A DNA stretch of 64,000 bases from assembly GCA_028826165.1 (NCBI GenBank), contig JAPDFW010000055.1, positions 372,001 through 436,000 of the forward strand, given 5' to 3'. Below the pieces are notes generated by a model. It was not told where the DNA came from and made no database searches. It was given only the letters and a program-made list of their open reading frames with translations. This DNA is from Anaeramoeba ignava BMAN. Lineage: Eukaryota > Protista > Anaeramoebae. The position numbers and the translations under genes are program-made. Of this stretch, positions 11,913 to 26,700 are shown piece by piece; the first letter of the stretch is position 1; each line of letters begins with the position of its first letter.

Positions 11913-14900
11913 ATGAACACACCGATTAACACCTCGGAATTAGCGTCACACTTAGATGACAAGTTTTTTCTACACATAAAAAAATTTGGACGGTTCGGAA
12001 CAATGAATCCGCCGATCCCAACAGTAGCTCCTAAAGCAAGCTGGCTACCTGATAAGTACGTCAGTAAATGTGTGATGTGTCAAGCTGGGTTCACAGCAAC
12101 GAAGCGGCGGCATCATTGTAGATACTGCGGGTTTTTGATCTGCAATGGATGCGCATCAAAACACTTTGAGTTCCAATTAAGTAACGAAAAAAATATAGAG
12201 CAGACAAAGTCTCTGCGCGTTTGCGATGCGTGCTATTCCCTGCTCTCGCCCAAGCTGCAGCAGCCTGTATTGTCGGGTCTTAAGTCGTTCAGCATTCGCA
12301 ATCATTTTTCTAACGATTTGGATTATCGAGTTGCAAATCAACAATTTTTTGCTTCACGTTATTTTGTTAAATTACTCGCTTTTGATAGTGGCGATAATCC
12401 CCAATATATTCACAAACTTGCCCTCAGAGCTCTTATTAAGCTTTCTTCTTTGAATCAAGAATCTATTGGTTCTGTTGAGGAACTTTATTTCTTTCTCGTT
12501 AAAAAAGCTTTTGATAGTGAATCTTCTATTAGGCCTCTTGCTATGGAATTGCTTGCAAATTTGATTTCGGAAGATTATGGTTTGTTCTCTATTTTATATT
12601 TATATTTCTTTTTCTTTTCCTTTTTGATCGATATAAAAAAAAAAAAAAAGGAATTTCAAATTTAATTTAAAAAGCAAATTTAATTTAAAATTTAAAAAGC
12701 AAATTTAATTTAAAAAGCAAATTTAATTTAAAAAACAAATTTAATAACAAATTTAATAATAAATTTAATAATAATTTTAATAATAAATTTAATAATAAAT
12801 TTAATAATAAATTAAATAATAAATTTAATAACAAATTTAATAATAAATTAAATAATAAATTAAATAATAAATTTAATAATAATTTTAATAATAAATTTAA
12901 TAATAAATTTAATAATAAATTTAATAATAAATTAAAATAATAATTTTAATAATAAATTAAATAATAAATTAAATAATAAATTTAATAATAAATTTAATAA
13001 TAAATTAAATAATAAATTTAATAATAATTTTTAATAATAAATTAAATAATTTTTAATAATAAATTTAATAATAATTTTAATAATAAATTAAATAATAAAT
13101 TAAATAATAAATTAAATAACAAATTTAATAATAAATATAATAATAATTTTAATAATAATTTTAATAATAAATTAAATAATAAATTAAATAATAAATTAAA
13201 TAACAAATTTAATAATAAATATAATAATAATTTTAATAATAAATTAAATAATAATTTTAATAATAAATTTAATAACAAATTTAATAATAAATTTAAAAGG
13301 AATTTAACAATAAATTTAATTACAAATTTAATAATAATTTTAATAACAAATTTAATTACAAATTTAATAATAAATTTAATAATAAATTTAATAATAAATT
13401 TAATAATAAATTTAATAATAAATTTAATAATAAATTTAATAACAAATTCAATTTAATAATAAATTAAATAATAAATTAAATAATAAATTTAATAATAAAT
13501 TAAATAATAAATTAAATAATAATAAATTAAATAATAAATTTAATAATAAATTAAATAATAAATTAAATAACAAATTTAATAATAATTTTAATAATAAATT
13601 AAATAATTTTAATAACAAATTTAATAATAAATTTAATAATAAATTTAATAATAATTTTTAAATAATAAATTAAATAGCAAATTTAATAATAAATTTAATA
13701 ATAAATTTAATAATAAATTAAATAATAAATTTAATAACAAATTAAACAATAAATTTAATAATAAATTTAATAATAAATTTAATAATAAATTTAATAATAA
13801 ATTTAATAATAAATTTAATAATAAATTTAATAATAAATTTAATAATAAATTTAATAATAAATTTAATAATAAATTTAATAATAAATTTAATAATAAATTT
13901 AATAATAAATTAAATAATAAATTTAATAATAAATTAAATAATAAATTTAATAACAAATTTAATAACAAATTTAATAACAAATTAAATAATAAATTAAATA
14001 ATAAATTTAATAATAAATTAAATAAATAATAAATTAAATAATAAATTAAATAATAAATTTAATAATAAATTTAATAATAAATTCAATAACAAATTAAATA
14101 ACAAATTTAATAATAATTTTAATAATAAATTTAATAATAAAATTTAATAATAATTTTAATAATAAATTTAATAACAAATTTAATAATAAATTTAATAATA
14201 AATTTAATAATAAATTAAATAATTAAATTAAATAGCAAATTTAATAACAAATTTAATAACAAATTTAATAATAAATTTAATAATAAATTTAATTAAAATT
14301 AAATAATAAATTTAGAAATAAATTAAATAATAAATTTAATAATAAATTTAATAATAACAATTTTAATAATAAATTTAATAATAAATTAAATAATAAATTT
14401 AATAATAAATTAAATAATAATTTTAATAATAAATTTAATAATAAATTTAATAATAAATTTAATAACAAATTTAATAATAAATTAAACAATAAATTAAATA
14501 ACAAATTAAATAATAAATTAAATAATAAATTTAATAATAAATTAAATAATAAATTTAATAATAAATTTAATAATAAAATTAAACAATAAATTTAATAATA
14601 AATTTAATAACAATTTTAATAATAAATTTAATAATAAATTAAATAATAAATTTAATAATAAATTTAATAACAAATTTAAAAATAAATTTAATAATAAATT
14701 AAATAACAAATTAAATAATAAATTTAATAATAAATTTAATAATAAATTAAATAATAAATTTAATAATAAATTAAAAAATAAATTTAGAAATAAATTAAAT
14801 AATAAATTAAATAATTAATTAAATAATAAATTTAATAATAAATTAAATAACAAATTTAATAATAATTTTATTATAATTTTAATAATAAATTAAATAATAA

Positions 14901-15785
14901 TTTTAATAATAAATTAAATAACAAATTTAATAACAAATTTAATAATAAATTTAATAATAAATTAAAATTCAAAATCAAAATCAAAATCAAAATTAAAATT
15001 CATTTATAAAATTATATTAAAATTAAATAGCTTTGAATAGAAAAAACCTTGAGAACTTAGAATTCGAACAACAAGTAGTGGGACTACCCACACTAATTCT
15101 TTCAGAACCAGAACTAAACACACGAGAAATCGCAGCAAGATTATTCTACAATTACGTTAGTTTTTGCGATTTTTCGAATAAGAACATCAAAAAACTTTTT
15201 GATTCCGAAAATATTTCATCTTTAATCAAAATATTGCAAAACAAAGAAAACGGAAAAGTTGTTTTTGCTTTAGCATTAGGAAGTTTACTTCATTTATCAC
15301 AAGATGAAAATTTACAAAGAGAAGTTGTTAATAATCAAGGAATTCAAATGTTGAGCTTTTTATTTTCAGAAGAAAATACTAATTCATCAATAACATTAAT
15401 ACATTTTGCAACTCAATTGATTTCAAAACTTTCAAAAGACGTCAGAAATTTGGATGATTTACTTAAGCAAAACTTCAATTTTATTCCCGATTTACTTAAT
15501 GCTGTTGAAGTTCCCCAAATATTACTTCATGTCGTTAATTTTATCAATAATATTGTTTCTTATAATCCTCATGCTTTTGATTCTTTTAAAGATTTAGACC
15601 AAAAAATTAATGAGATTTATTCAAAATCTACAGACCAAAAACTTAAATCAAAAATTGAACAACTTCTTCCAAAAATATCTAAAAATTCTCCTCAACAAAA
15701 TCAACAAAATCAACAAAATCAAATCAAGACTAATAACCTCAGATCAAGTTTTAATTCACAAAACAAATCAAATAATTTGAAATGA
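11913..15785 (+). CDS. FYVE zinc finger plus armadillo/HEAT-like repeat protein; exons 11913-12579, 15031-15785
   Basis: WLPD, RRHHCRYCG and RVCDAC FYVE signatures; GT-AG intron 12580-15030 joins in frame (EDY-A-LNRKN); helical ARM-like C-terminal region. Start codon uncertain. Confidence 0.85.
12660..14965. repeat. Intronic 12-bp minisatellite (AATAATAAATTT)n, ~2.3 kb
   Basis: Directly visible; produces spurious LLNL antisense ORFs. Confidence 0.95.
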
Positions 15786-16181
15786 TTTAAATAATTAAAA
15801 ATATTATTCTTTCTTTCTTTCTTTCTTTGTACAAACTCAGTTTAAAAATCAAATCCAAAAACGATCCAAAAAAGTGATCAAAAACTGAGAAAAAAAAAAT
15901 ATTTTTCTTTCACTTTTTTTACTTTTTTTTTTTACTTTTTACTTTTTACTCTTTTCTTTTTTTTGAACTCTTCTTTTTTTTTGAAAGAACAAAAAAAAAA
16001 TTTAATAAAATCTTCAATTAAAAATCAATTTAAAAATCAAATCAAATCAAATTAAACCAAATCAAAAATCAAATCAAATTTCAAAAATCAAATTTCAAAA
16101 ATCAAATCAATTTAAAAAATCAAATCAAATCAAAAATCAAATCAAATTAAAAAATCAATTAAAAATTTCTTTTTGATTTTC

Positions 16182-19100
16182 TTAATCATTATCATTTGCA
16201 GATTTAAGAGGTTCATATTCTTCCTTTTGATTTTTCAACTCTGCCTTATTTTTATTCATATATTTCTGTAATCTTTCTGAAGCATAAGGTTCTCTATCAG
16301 GAGAACTACCATCATGCCTTTCCGCATCTTCACAGAAACAAAGAAGCATAGTATCAATAGCCATTTCAAAAACAGACATAAAAGCGGAAGCAATAGCATA
16401 AGCAAGAACAGCACAAAGAATTGTTGGAATCAAATAAAAGGATATGTTATTCATTGATCTTAAAATTCCAAGTGAAATTATTCCTACTGCTATTGCTACT
16501 AGAAATTTCCCTAGAAATAAAAGAAAATCTCCTACTGCTGAAACTGTTAAAACTCGTAATATGTTTCTTGATATTAAATGAAATGCTCTTTTTGTTGATT
16601 TCCAAAAACTTTCTCCATAAACTGCAATCTATTTAATTTTTTTAAATTTTTTTATTTAATTTATTATTTAATTATTGAATTTATTATTAAATTTATTATT
16701 TAATTTATTATTAAATTTATTATTTAATTTATTATTTAATTATTGAATTTATTATTTAATTTGTTATTAAATTTATTATTTAATTTATTATTTAATTTAT
16801 TATTTAATTTATTATTTAATTTATTATTTAATTTTATTATTTAAATTAAATTTAAATTATTTAATTTATTATTTAATTTATTATTAAATTTATTATTTTA
16901 ATTTATTTATTTAATTTATTATTTAATTTATTATTAAATTTATTATTTAATTTATTAAATTTGTTATTAAATTTATTATTAAATTTATTATTAAATTTAT
17001 TATTAAATTTATTATTTAAATTTATTATTTAATTTATTATTTAATTTATTATTAAATTTATTATTAAATTTATTATTAAATTTATTATTTAATTTATTAT
17101 TTAATTTATTATTAAATTTGTTATTAAATTTATTATTTAAATTTGTTATTAAATTTATTATTAAATTTGTTATTAAATTTATTATTTAATTTATTATTTA
17201 ATTTATTATTAAATTTAAATTTATTATTTAATTTATTATTAAATTTATTATTTAATTTATTATTAAATTTATTATTTAATTTATTATTAAATTTATTTTT
17301 AATTTATTATTAAATTTATTATTAAATTTATTATTTAATTTATTTCTTAATTTATTATTTAATTTATTATTTAATTTATTATTTAATTTATTATTTAATT
17401 TATTATTAAATTTTGTAATTAAATTTATTATTTAATTTATTATTTAATTTATTATTAAATTATTTAATTTATTATTGATTTTATTATTTAATTTATTATT
17501 TAATTTATTGTTGAATTTATTATTTAATTTATTATTTAATTTATTATTGAATTTGTATTAAATTTATTATTTAATTTGTTATTAAATTTATTATTTAATT
17601 TGATATTAAATTTATTATTTAATTTATTAAATTTACAATTTAATTTAATTAAATTTATTTTTAAAATTTAATTTAATTTATTATTAAATTTATTATTAAA
17701 ATTATTATTAAATTTGTTATTAAATTTATTATTTAATTTATTATTTAAATTTAATTTATTATTATATTTATTTCTTAATTTATTGTTTAATTTATTTTAA
17801 ATTTTTTTTAATTTATTATTTAATTTATTATTTAATTTATAAATTATTTAATTTATTATTAAATTTATTATTTAAATTATTATTTAATTTATTTTTAAAT
17901 TTATTTTTCATTTAGTTTACCATAATATATCCATTCTTGTTAATAAATTTCATCCAACCATGAAGACAAGCTAAAAAGCATTTCATACAATAAAAGCAAT
18001 ATTTAACACAACGATTTTCTCCATTTAAACTTTAAATTAAAATTAATTTAAAATTTAAATTAAAATTAAAATTAAAATTAAAATTAAAATTAAAATTAAA
18101 ATTAAAATTAAAATTAAAATTAAAATTAAAATTAAAATTAAAATTAAAATTAAAATTAAAATTAAAATTAAAATTAAAATTAAAATTAAAATTAAAATTA
18201 AAATTAAAATTAAAATTAAAATTAAAATTAAAATTAAAATAAAATTAAAATTAAAATTAAAAATCAAAAATTCAAAATTTAAATTAAAATTAAAATCGGA
18301 TAAAAAATTAAAATCAAAATTAAAAATAAAATTGTTTACATTTTTATCTCTTGCCCAATACCAACTTGCGATTGCACCTGCTATTGTTGCTTGTGTTAAT
18401 GCTATAATATAAGAATTTGTCCATAAAAGTCCAAAGAAATGATAAATTGTTAAATAATTCATTGCTGAAGTATTTTCAAATTCAAGATAATATTCTCCAT
18501 TTTTTTCTTCAGCCTTTGGTTTTCCTGAACTTAATAAAAATCTATTTTTTTCAAATTGAATTAAATTTGAATTAAATTTGAATTAAAATTGAATTAAAAT
18601 TAAATTTGAATTTGAATTAAATTTGAATTAAATTGAAATTAAATTTGAATTTGAATTGAATTAAATTTGAATTGAATTTGAATTGAATTAAATTAAATTT
18701 GAAATTAAATTTGAATTAAATTTGAATTTGAATTTGAATTTGAATTTGAATTTGAATTTGAATTTGAATTAAATTGAATTTGAATTGAATTTGAAATGAA
18801 TTTGAATTAAATTTGAATTTGAATTGAATTTGAATTAAATTTGAATTAAATTTGAATTTGAATTTGAATTAAATTAAATTTGAAATTAAATTTGAATTAG
18901 AATTAAATTTGAAATTAAATTTGAATTAAATTTGAAATTAAATTTGAATTTGAATTAAACAATTAAATTTTGAATTTGAATTTGTTGCTTGCTGAATTAA
19001 ATTTGAATTAAATTTGAATTTGAAATGAATTTGAATTAAATTTGAATTATGAATTTGAAATGAATTTGAATTAAATTTGAAATGAATTTGAATTGAATTA

Positions 19101-21316
19101 AATTTGAATTTGAATTTGAATTTGAATTTGAATTTGAATTTGAATTTGAATTAAATTAAATTTGAATTGAATTAAATTAAATTAAATTTGAATTAAATTT
19201 GAATTAAATTAAATTTGAATTTTAGAATTTGAATTGAATTTGAATTGAATTAAATTAAATTTGAAATTAAATTTGAATTAAATTTGAATTTGAATTTGAA
19301 TTAAATTTGAATTAAATTTGAATTAAATTTGAATTGAATTTTCAATAAAAGAAACAATACGCTGCTACTGCAATTGAATAAGCGTAAAGAATTAATAATA
19401 ATACGAAAGTAATCAATGGAAAGAAAACAATTCTTGGCATTGCTTTAATTGCTGTTGCTGCTTCTTCTATTAATGCCACTGCAAGAATTATTCTTTTATA
19501 AAGCCAAATAACAATAATAACAGCAAGAATATCAACAGCGATCATTATCCAAAATAAAATTTTGAAACTTTTTGCATTTAAAGAATCACTATTCATTTTT
19601 TTTGTATTCGAAACTGTATCACTATCCTTCCCTAAATAAATTTATTTTCAATTTTAGAAATGTTTTATAAATATTTTAATTTATAAATATTTAAATTTAA
19701 TAAATATTTCAATTTATAAATATTTTGAATTTATAAATATTTGAATTTAATAAATATTTTAATTTAATAAATATTTCAATTTATAAATATTTCAATTAAT
19801 AAATATTTCAATTTATAAATATTTAAATTTAATAAATATTTGAATTTATAAATATTTCAATTTATAAATATTTTGAATTTAATAAATATTTTAATTAATA
19901 AATATTTTGAATTTATAAATATTTCAATTAATAAATATTTAAATTTAAAAAGTATTTCAATTTATAAATATTTTAATTTAATAAATATTTAAATTTATAA
20001 ATATTTAAATTTAAAAATTCAAAACTTACATTGTTTATGGAAATACCATGTTAAAACGGCTAATAAAATAAAGAATAAAATAACTGTCAACCAAACCATA
20101 AAACCTGAAAATTTTTTGACTAATAAAATCCAAGCAAATGAAAGTAAAACAGCAGCAAAAATTGCAACAATATAAACCCACCAAGATTGAACAAAATCTC
20201 CCATTACTTTTGCTACAGTTGTTGATGAATCTTCATTATCTTTTGCTGCATTTGTAGCATCATTATCTGATTTACTACTTGAAATTGAAGGTAAACATCT
20301 TCTTAACACTTTTTTAATTTTAATTTTAATTTTAATTTTGATTTTAATTTTGATTTTAATTTTAATTTTAATTTTAATTTTAATTTTAATTTTTTATCCG
20401 ATTTTAATTTTGATTTTAATTTTAATTTTATAAATGAATTTTAATTTTAATTTTATAAATGAATTTTAATTTTAATTTTATATAAACCTGAATCTGATTT
20501 ATAAGAACAAAATTGACCAACTGGATCATTATTTACATAAGTTGTAATAACAGGATCACCATTACAATTCCCTTTATCTATAATTTGTTCTAAATCACCT
20601 TGTGATGGGCATTCTTCAACACAAAATTCTAAATCAACATGAAAATATGGGAAAAAACAACGTGTTCTCTTAGTTAAATCAGCAAGAAAATCAAGATCTG
20701 AATTATTATTCACTTCATCAGTTAGTTTATCTTTAAATTTTGTATTATCCATTCCACAAATATTGCCTCGATAATCTTTAGGATAATATAATCTTTAATT
20801 ATAATTTTGATTTATAAATGAATTTTAATTTATAAATGAATTTTAATTTAAATTTTAATTTTAATTTTATAAATGAATTTTAAAATGAATTTTAATTTTA
20901 ATTTAAATTTTTAATTTGAATTTTAAAAATTACCTTTTTGGAGTTCCTGTTGCAAATCCAACAGCCATAATAATAAACATACCAACCCAAAAAGCAACAA
21001 AAACAATCAAACAAAAAACATCCTAAAAATTAAAAATAAAAATAATTAAAAATTTTTCTTTAAATTAAATTAAAATTTTTATTTAATTACCCTATATTTT
21101 CTATCACCTATTGGTCCTTGAAAATTTTCTTCATATTCAAACTAAATAAATTTATAATTAAAATTTATTTAAATTTTTAAAATTAAAAGAATTAAATTGA
21201 AAAATATAAAAAGCAAAAAAAGTTTTTTCAAATTATAATAATTTTAATTTTAATTTTAATTTCTATTTTACTCTTTCAGTTGGTTCTTTATCAATAACTT
21301 TTGAACTGGATTTCAT
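16182..21316 (-). CDS. Choline transporter-like protein (CTL/SLC44/Pns1 family), at least 9 exons, one conserved exon apparently absent
   Basis: DVFCLIVFVAFWVGM...GTPKRLYYPKDYRGNICG, YHFFGLLWT...TIAGAIASWYW, KFINKNGYIMIAVYGESF, FEMAIDTMLLCFCED; GT-AG junctions traced. Confidence 0.92.
16635..17910. repeat. Intronic 12-bp minisatellite (TTTATTATTTAA/TTTATTATTAAA)n
   Basis: Reverse complement of the unit filling the FYVE-gene intron. Confidence 0.9.
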
Positions 21317-21540
21317 TTAAAAAACAAAAAAAAAATAAAAAGGAGAAAAAAAATGAAAAAATAAAGGAGAAAAAAAAATAAAAAAAATTTGGAAAGGAGA
21401 AAAAAAAATTTATTTTCATTCTTTTTTTTTTTTTTCTGAATAAGCAAATTTTAAATGTAATTTCATTGTTTCATAAACAAATAAAACTATAAATGTCAAT
21501 CATTTATTTCCAAATTAATTTTCATTGTTGGAAAATAATT

Positions 21541-22475
21541 TTAATTCTTTGATTTTTCAATTAAAGAACCCTAAATAAATATTACAAAAAAAAAATAATT
21601 TAAGTTTAAAAATAAATTATAAGAGAAAAATTTTTTTTTCTTTTTTTTTTTTGATCACATTTTTGATCAAAAAAAACAATTTAAAAAATTAACAAAAGAA
21701 AAAATAAACAAACAAACAAACCTTAAGTTTATGATTTTCTGCCTTTTTTTTTTTGATTTGTGACTTTAATTTTTTTGTTCTTTTTTTCATTTTTTTAATT
21801 TTTTTTTGTAATAAATCCATTCTCTTTTTAGTTTTAGCACGACTTTTGATAGCACTTAATCTATTTTTCAACAATCTTCTTTTTTTTTTTTGTTCAGGTG
21901 AAAGTTTACTAACTTGATCTCTTGTTAGTTTGCCCACTAAAAACGCTTCGTCATCTTTATGTATTTGACATTGAATTTTTTGATCTTTTTTTGTTTTTTC
22001 AATTTCAAATTTAATTTCATTTGTTTTTGTTTCTTTTTCTTTTTCAATTTCAAATTTAATTTCATTTGTTTTTGTTTCTTTTTGATTTTGATTTTCGACT
22101 TTAATTTCTTCTTTTTTTTGCTTTGATTCTTCTTTTTCAAATTTTTCAAATTTTTCAATTTTTTCAACTTTTTCATTTGTTTTTAAATAAGAATCTTTAT
22201 TATTTGTTAATTTTAAATAAATTGGTTCATTCAAATCTATTTTGTTTTTTTTATTAAGTTAATTTTTTAAAATAAAAAAAATTTTTCAAAATGTTTTTTT
22301 TTAATTAATTAATTGTAATTAAATTGAATTATTTATTCAAATTTATTCCCTTAATTATTTTTTATGAATTGGATTTTTAATTTAGATTTTAATTTTAATT
22401 TTAAATTTAATTTTAATTTTAATTACCATTTAATGAAAGATCAAAAAAATCTTCAAAACTTGAAGTTAAAATCAT
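21541..22475 (-). CDS. bZIP transcription factor; exons 22475-22427, 22236-21722, 21570-21541 (last exon uncertain)
   Basis: Basic region KKKRRLLKNRLSAIKSRAKTK followed by heptad L/I/T/L/I zipper; GT-AG junctions in frame. Confidence 0.85.
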
Positions 22476-23329
22476 TATAAAAAAAAAAATAAAATAAAAT
22501 CAAAAGAAATAATAAAATAAAATCAAAAGAAAAAATGATTCTTCATTTTTATTTTTTTTGTTATTTAAATTGTTTTTATTTTTGAAAAAAAAAAAATTTT
22601 TTTTTTTAATTACAAAGTGGATTAAATAAATAAAAAAATTTTTAAAATGAATTATTTCGAAAAAGAATTTTTACTTAATTTTTATAATTTAATTTTATTA
22701 CCCCTATTTAATTAATTAATTTAATTAAATAAATAATTTTAATTCATTCATTTTCTTTTTAAATTTTAATTCAAAAAACCAAATTAATTTTTGCTTTTTT
22801 TCTCTTTCTTTTTTTTTTTAATTTTTGATCCTAAAAAAGAAAGAAAGAAGAAAGAAGAAAGAAGAAAGAAAAAAGAAGAAAGAAGAAAGAAAAAGAAGAA
22901 AGAAGATCAATTTGAGAAAAATGTGGAAAAAAGAAAGTTAAAAGAGAAAATAAAACAATTAAATGCTTAAACAGTAAATAAATTGTTTTATTTAATTTAA
23001 TTTTATTTAATTTTGAATTTAAATTTTTAATTGTGATTTTATAACTTTTTTTAATTTAATTTTTTATTAAAAAAGAAGAAAAGAAAAAATAAGAAAAAAG
23101 AGGAAAAAAATTTTTTTTTTCTTTTAAATTTTTTGTGGAATTTAATTTTCTTTCTTTTTTTCTTTTTTGATTTTTGAATTTGAATCAATTTAAAAAAAAA
23201 AAAAGAATGGAAAAAGAAATTAAATTGAATTTTTGAATTAAAAAAAAAAAAGAAAACAAAAGGAAATCTTGATTGAATCTTAAATTAAATTTTGAATTAA
23301 ATCTTTAAATTAAATTTTGAAATGATCTT

Positions 23330-23730
23330 TGGAATTAAATTATAAATTAAATTATAAATTAATTTGTAAATTAAATTGTAAATTAATTTGTAAATTAATT
23401 TGTAAATTAAATTGTAAATTAAATCTTTAAATTAAATTGTAAATTAAATTGTAAATTAAATTGTAAATTAAATTAACTTGTAAATTAAATTGTAAATTAA
23501 ATTGTAAATTAAATTGTAAATTAAATTGTAAATTAAATTATAAATTAAATTAAATTAAATTAAATTGTAAATTAAATTATAAATTAAATTATAAATTAAA
23601 TTGTAAATTAAATTGTAAATTAAATTGTAAATTAAATTGTAAATTAAATTGTAAATTAAATTAAATTAAATTAAATCAAATTGTAAATTAAATTAAATTA
23701 AATTAAATCAAATTGTAAATTAAATTAAAT
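23330..23730. repeat. Intergenic minisatellite (GTAAATTAAATT)n
   Basis: Directly visible. Confidence 0.85.
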
Positions 23731-23755
23731 TTTGAAATAAATTTTGAAATGTATT

Positions 23756-26700
23756 TTAATTCAAAGAATTTTCAGAATGAGATTTGCCAATAACATTAGC
23801 AGCATGATAATTAGTAAATGGAGGTTGAAGTTGAGATTGTTGAATAATTTGACGGATCAAGTCTTTCCTTTTTGTAATTTGTTCTTTTGAATCTTGATTT
23901 TGGAGAATAAAGAATTTATTAGCAACGATAATAGATTCTCTAATCAAAAAAGGTAAAGAAGCCTTATTCAAAATCATAGCATCAATAGTAGGGCCATAAA
24001 AGGGATTTTTTGTTTTAATCAAAACTTGAATACGGAACATTCCGTTTGGCAATGGATAAACAATAATTGTGGAATATAAACCTGCAGAGGGTAAAATCAG
24101 TTGGGAATAATCACGTTCACTTTCACACCACACAATATTTACGGGGAACTTCGAAAGCATTTGCTTTTTTTGGTTCTGTTTTTCATCTTGAGGATCATTT
24201 GGAATTCTTGTCAAAACATGGAAAACCATTTCAAGTTCCGAATTTGCAAAATAGGGAAAAATAACGGTCGCTTTTTTCAAAGAAGGAAATTCACCAGAAA
24301 AGCCTAAATGATATTCAAAATCAACATCCCAACCCAAACAGTTGACAAATTCTTCGTAAAGAGGCGATCCGTTTTCATTCGAAACAAGTTCGAGTGCAGT
24401 GCGTTGTTCTCTTCCCTGGAAAATCACACCGACGCTGAAGGTTTGTCTCTCGGAAATTGAGTCCAGTTGCTGAATGCTTTTGAATAGTTTTTCGTTGTGA
24501 GCTAATTGGACAAGTTGGTTGTGATTTTGTAGATTGATCATCCCAATATGAGACAAGAAGAGCCTGCAAAAATGTGAAAGATTCTCCGGAACTGTTGGTT
24601 CGGTTTCCTTCGCATTGGCAATTGTTGTTGTTGTTTTCGGAAGCGATTTGATTGCTTCTTCAACTTTTGATGTTTGGTTGTTATAATCTGAAATTAATTG
24701 TTCGTTTTTTTTCACTTTTTGCTCGATTTTTTCGTTGAATTTTTCATGAATATAATCAAGCATTTCATGGAAAACATTCACATTCGAAATATCTATTCCG
24801 TCTGTATATTCAGGAATATTGGCTTTGGAACGTGCGAAAGGTTTGAGATTTATATCTGAACCATTTTGGTGTATTTTTGGCAAGGGTCTTTTCTTCAAAT
24901 CAATGGATTTTTGCATAATTCCATCATCTAAATTCAGGATGTTTTCCAAATCCCAAGTATATTTTCCTGTAGAATCTCTGATTGTGATTCTAATTTTTCT
25001 TCCGTCGCTATCTGGAAGTTTGTGAGCAATAATGAGAGTGTTTGTTCCAAAGGAAAAAGCTTGAGTATATTGAGTTATTTTCTGATCTTTTGTGTCAATA
25101 TCGTGTTCACCTTCTTTGATTCTTGATGAAATTACTTCGGGTCCTTCTAAAAATGGGAAGTTATTCATGTAATTTAATGAACGGAAAAGTAAGTTTTGTG
25201 AGATGTCTTCCAAACTTCTTTTGGATTTGTTTTGAATTGTAACTTCGAAATTTCCTATGTTATTGTTGAATTTCGATAGTGCATTTACTGTTGATTGAAA
25301 TACTAATGATGGTGTTTGTGATTCTTCTAATAGACAACTTGAGTTAATAAGAAGTTGAACTAGTGATTCAAATCCAAAATATGTGTTTGGTAAAATTCCT
25401 TTTATTTTGTTGTTTGAAACTTGTCCAAGTTCTTCGATTATTTTGTTACTTAATTTTGTTATTATTGATGGAACGAAATCCTAATTTTAATTTTATAAAT
25501 GAATTTTATAAATGAATTTTAATTTAATAAATGAATTTGAATTTTATAAATGAATTTTAATTTTATAAATGAATTTTATAAATGAATTTTATAAATTAAT
25601 TTTAATTTTAATATTAAAATTTTTTACTTTGTTTAATTTATGAATTTGTTCAGAAAATTTTGCCAAAATTGAAATATAATTCGAAGACATTTGAGAAACA
25701 ACTTCACTTTCATGAGAAATATGACGAAGAAAAATAGAAATAGATTCTTCTACAATAGGGAAAGTTTTCAAAGAAGGAGTTTTTAATTCAGCAACACAGA
25801 GAGAGCAAATAACAGAAAGAACATAATTTGTAACTGAATCTGATTTATTTTTTGAAACAATTCCTGACAATATTTTAAGTATTCTAAATCTAATTTGCTC
25901 ATTTGAATCAAATAAAAATTGAATGTCTTTAAAAATATTCTTTTTTTCCCAATTTTCCTTTGTTTTTTGTTGTCTTTCTTTTTCATTTTGTATTATTTTT
26001 TCTTTTTCTTCTTTTGCTTCATCTAAATTTGATGCAAATTCTTCTCTTTGTTGGATTTCATTTGTATATTCAGTTTGAATTTGAACAAAATCTGGCCATG
26101 TTTCTTTATGTAAATTCATTAAATTTGTAATATCAAAAATTTCTGCATTTGAAAATTGATCTTGAATACATATTAAAGATGAAAGAAGAGCAATTCCATG
26201 AATATAAATATTATCATCAATAGGTTTTTGATAATTTGGATTGAACTAAAAAATTTTAATTTTAATTTTAATTATAATATTAATTTATAAATGAATTTTA
26301 AATTTTTGATTTAAATAATTACAAAAATTTCAAGTCTTGAAAGATAAGCATTAATTAAACAATTAACTCCAGGAAAACAATATCCAAATAAATGAGAAGT
26401 ATATCTCAATATTGTACTTGTTAATTCATGATCAGTCAAAGATAAAGCCTTTTTTTTTTAAAAAAAAATAAATTTTGATTTGTTGTTTAAAATAAATTTT
26501 TTGTTTATACTTTAGCTAAACCTAAATAAAAATATGAAAGCATTTCTTCACTTAATGGAATATGTGTATGACACAACATTATAGAAAATCCTCCACATCC
26601 AATATTTCTTGCTTTTTTGAATTTATCATCATAAGAAACCGATTCTAAGAAAATGGGAATAAATAACTCATTGATTGGAGGATCCATTGAATATATTGCT

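Noticed and set aside
18055-18240. Perfect (TTAAAA)n as a telomeric repeat
   Set aside because: Intronic, no G-rich strand, and the same unit is common in other introns
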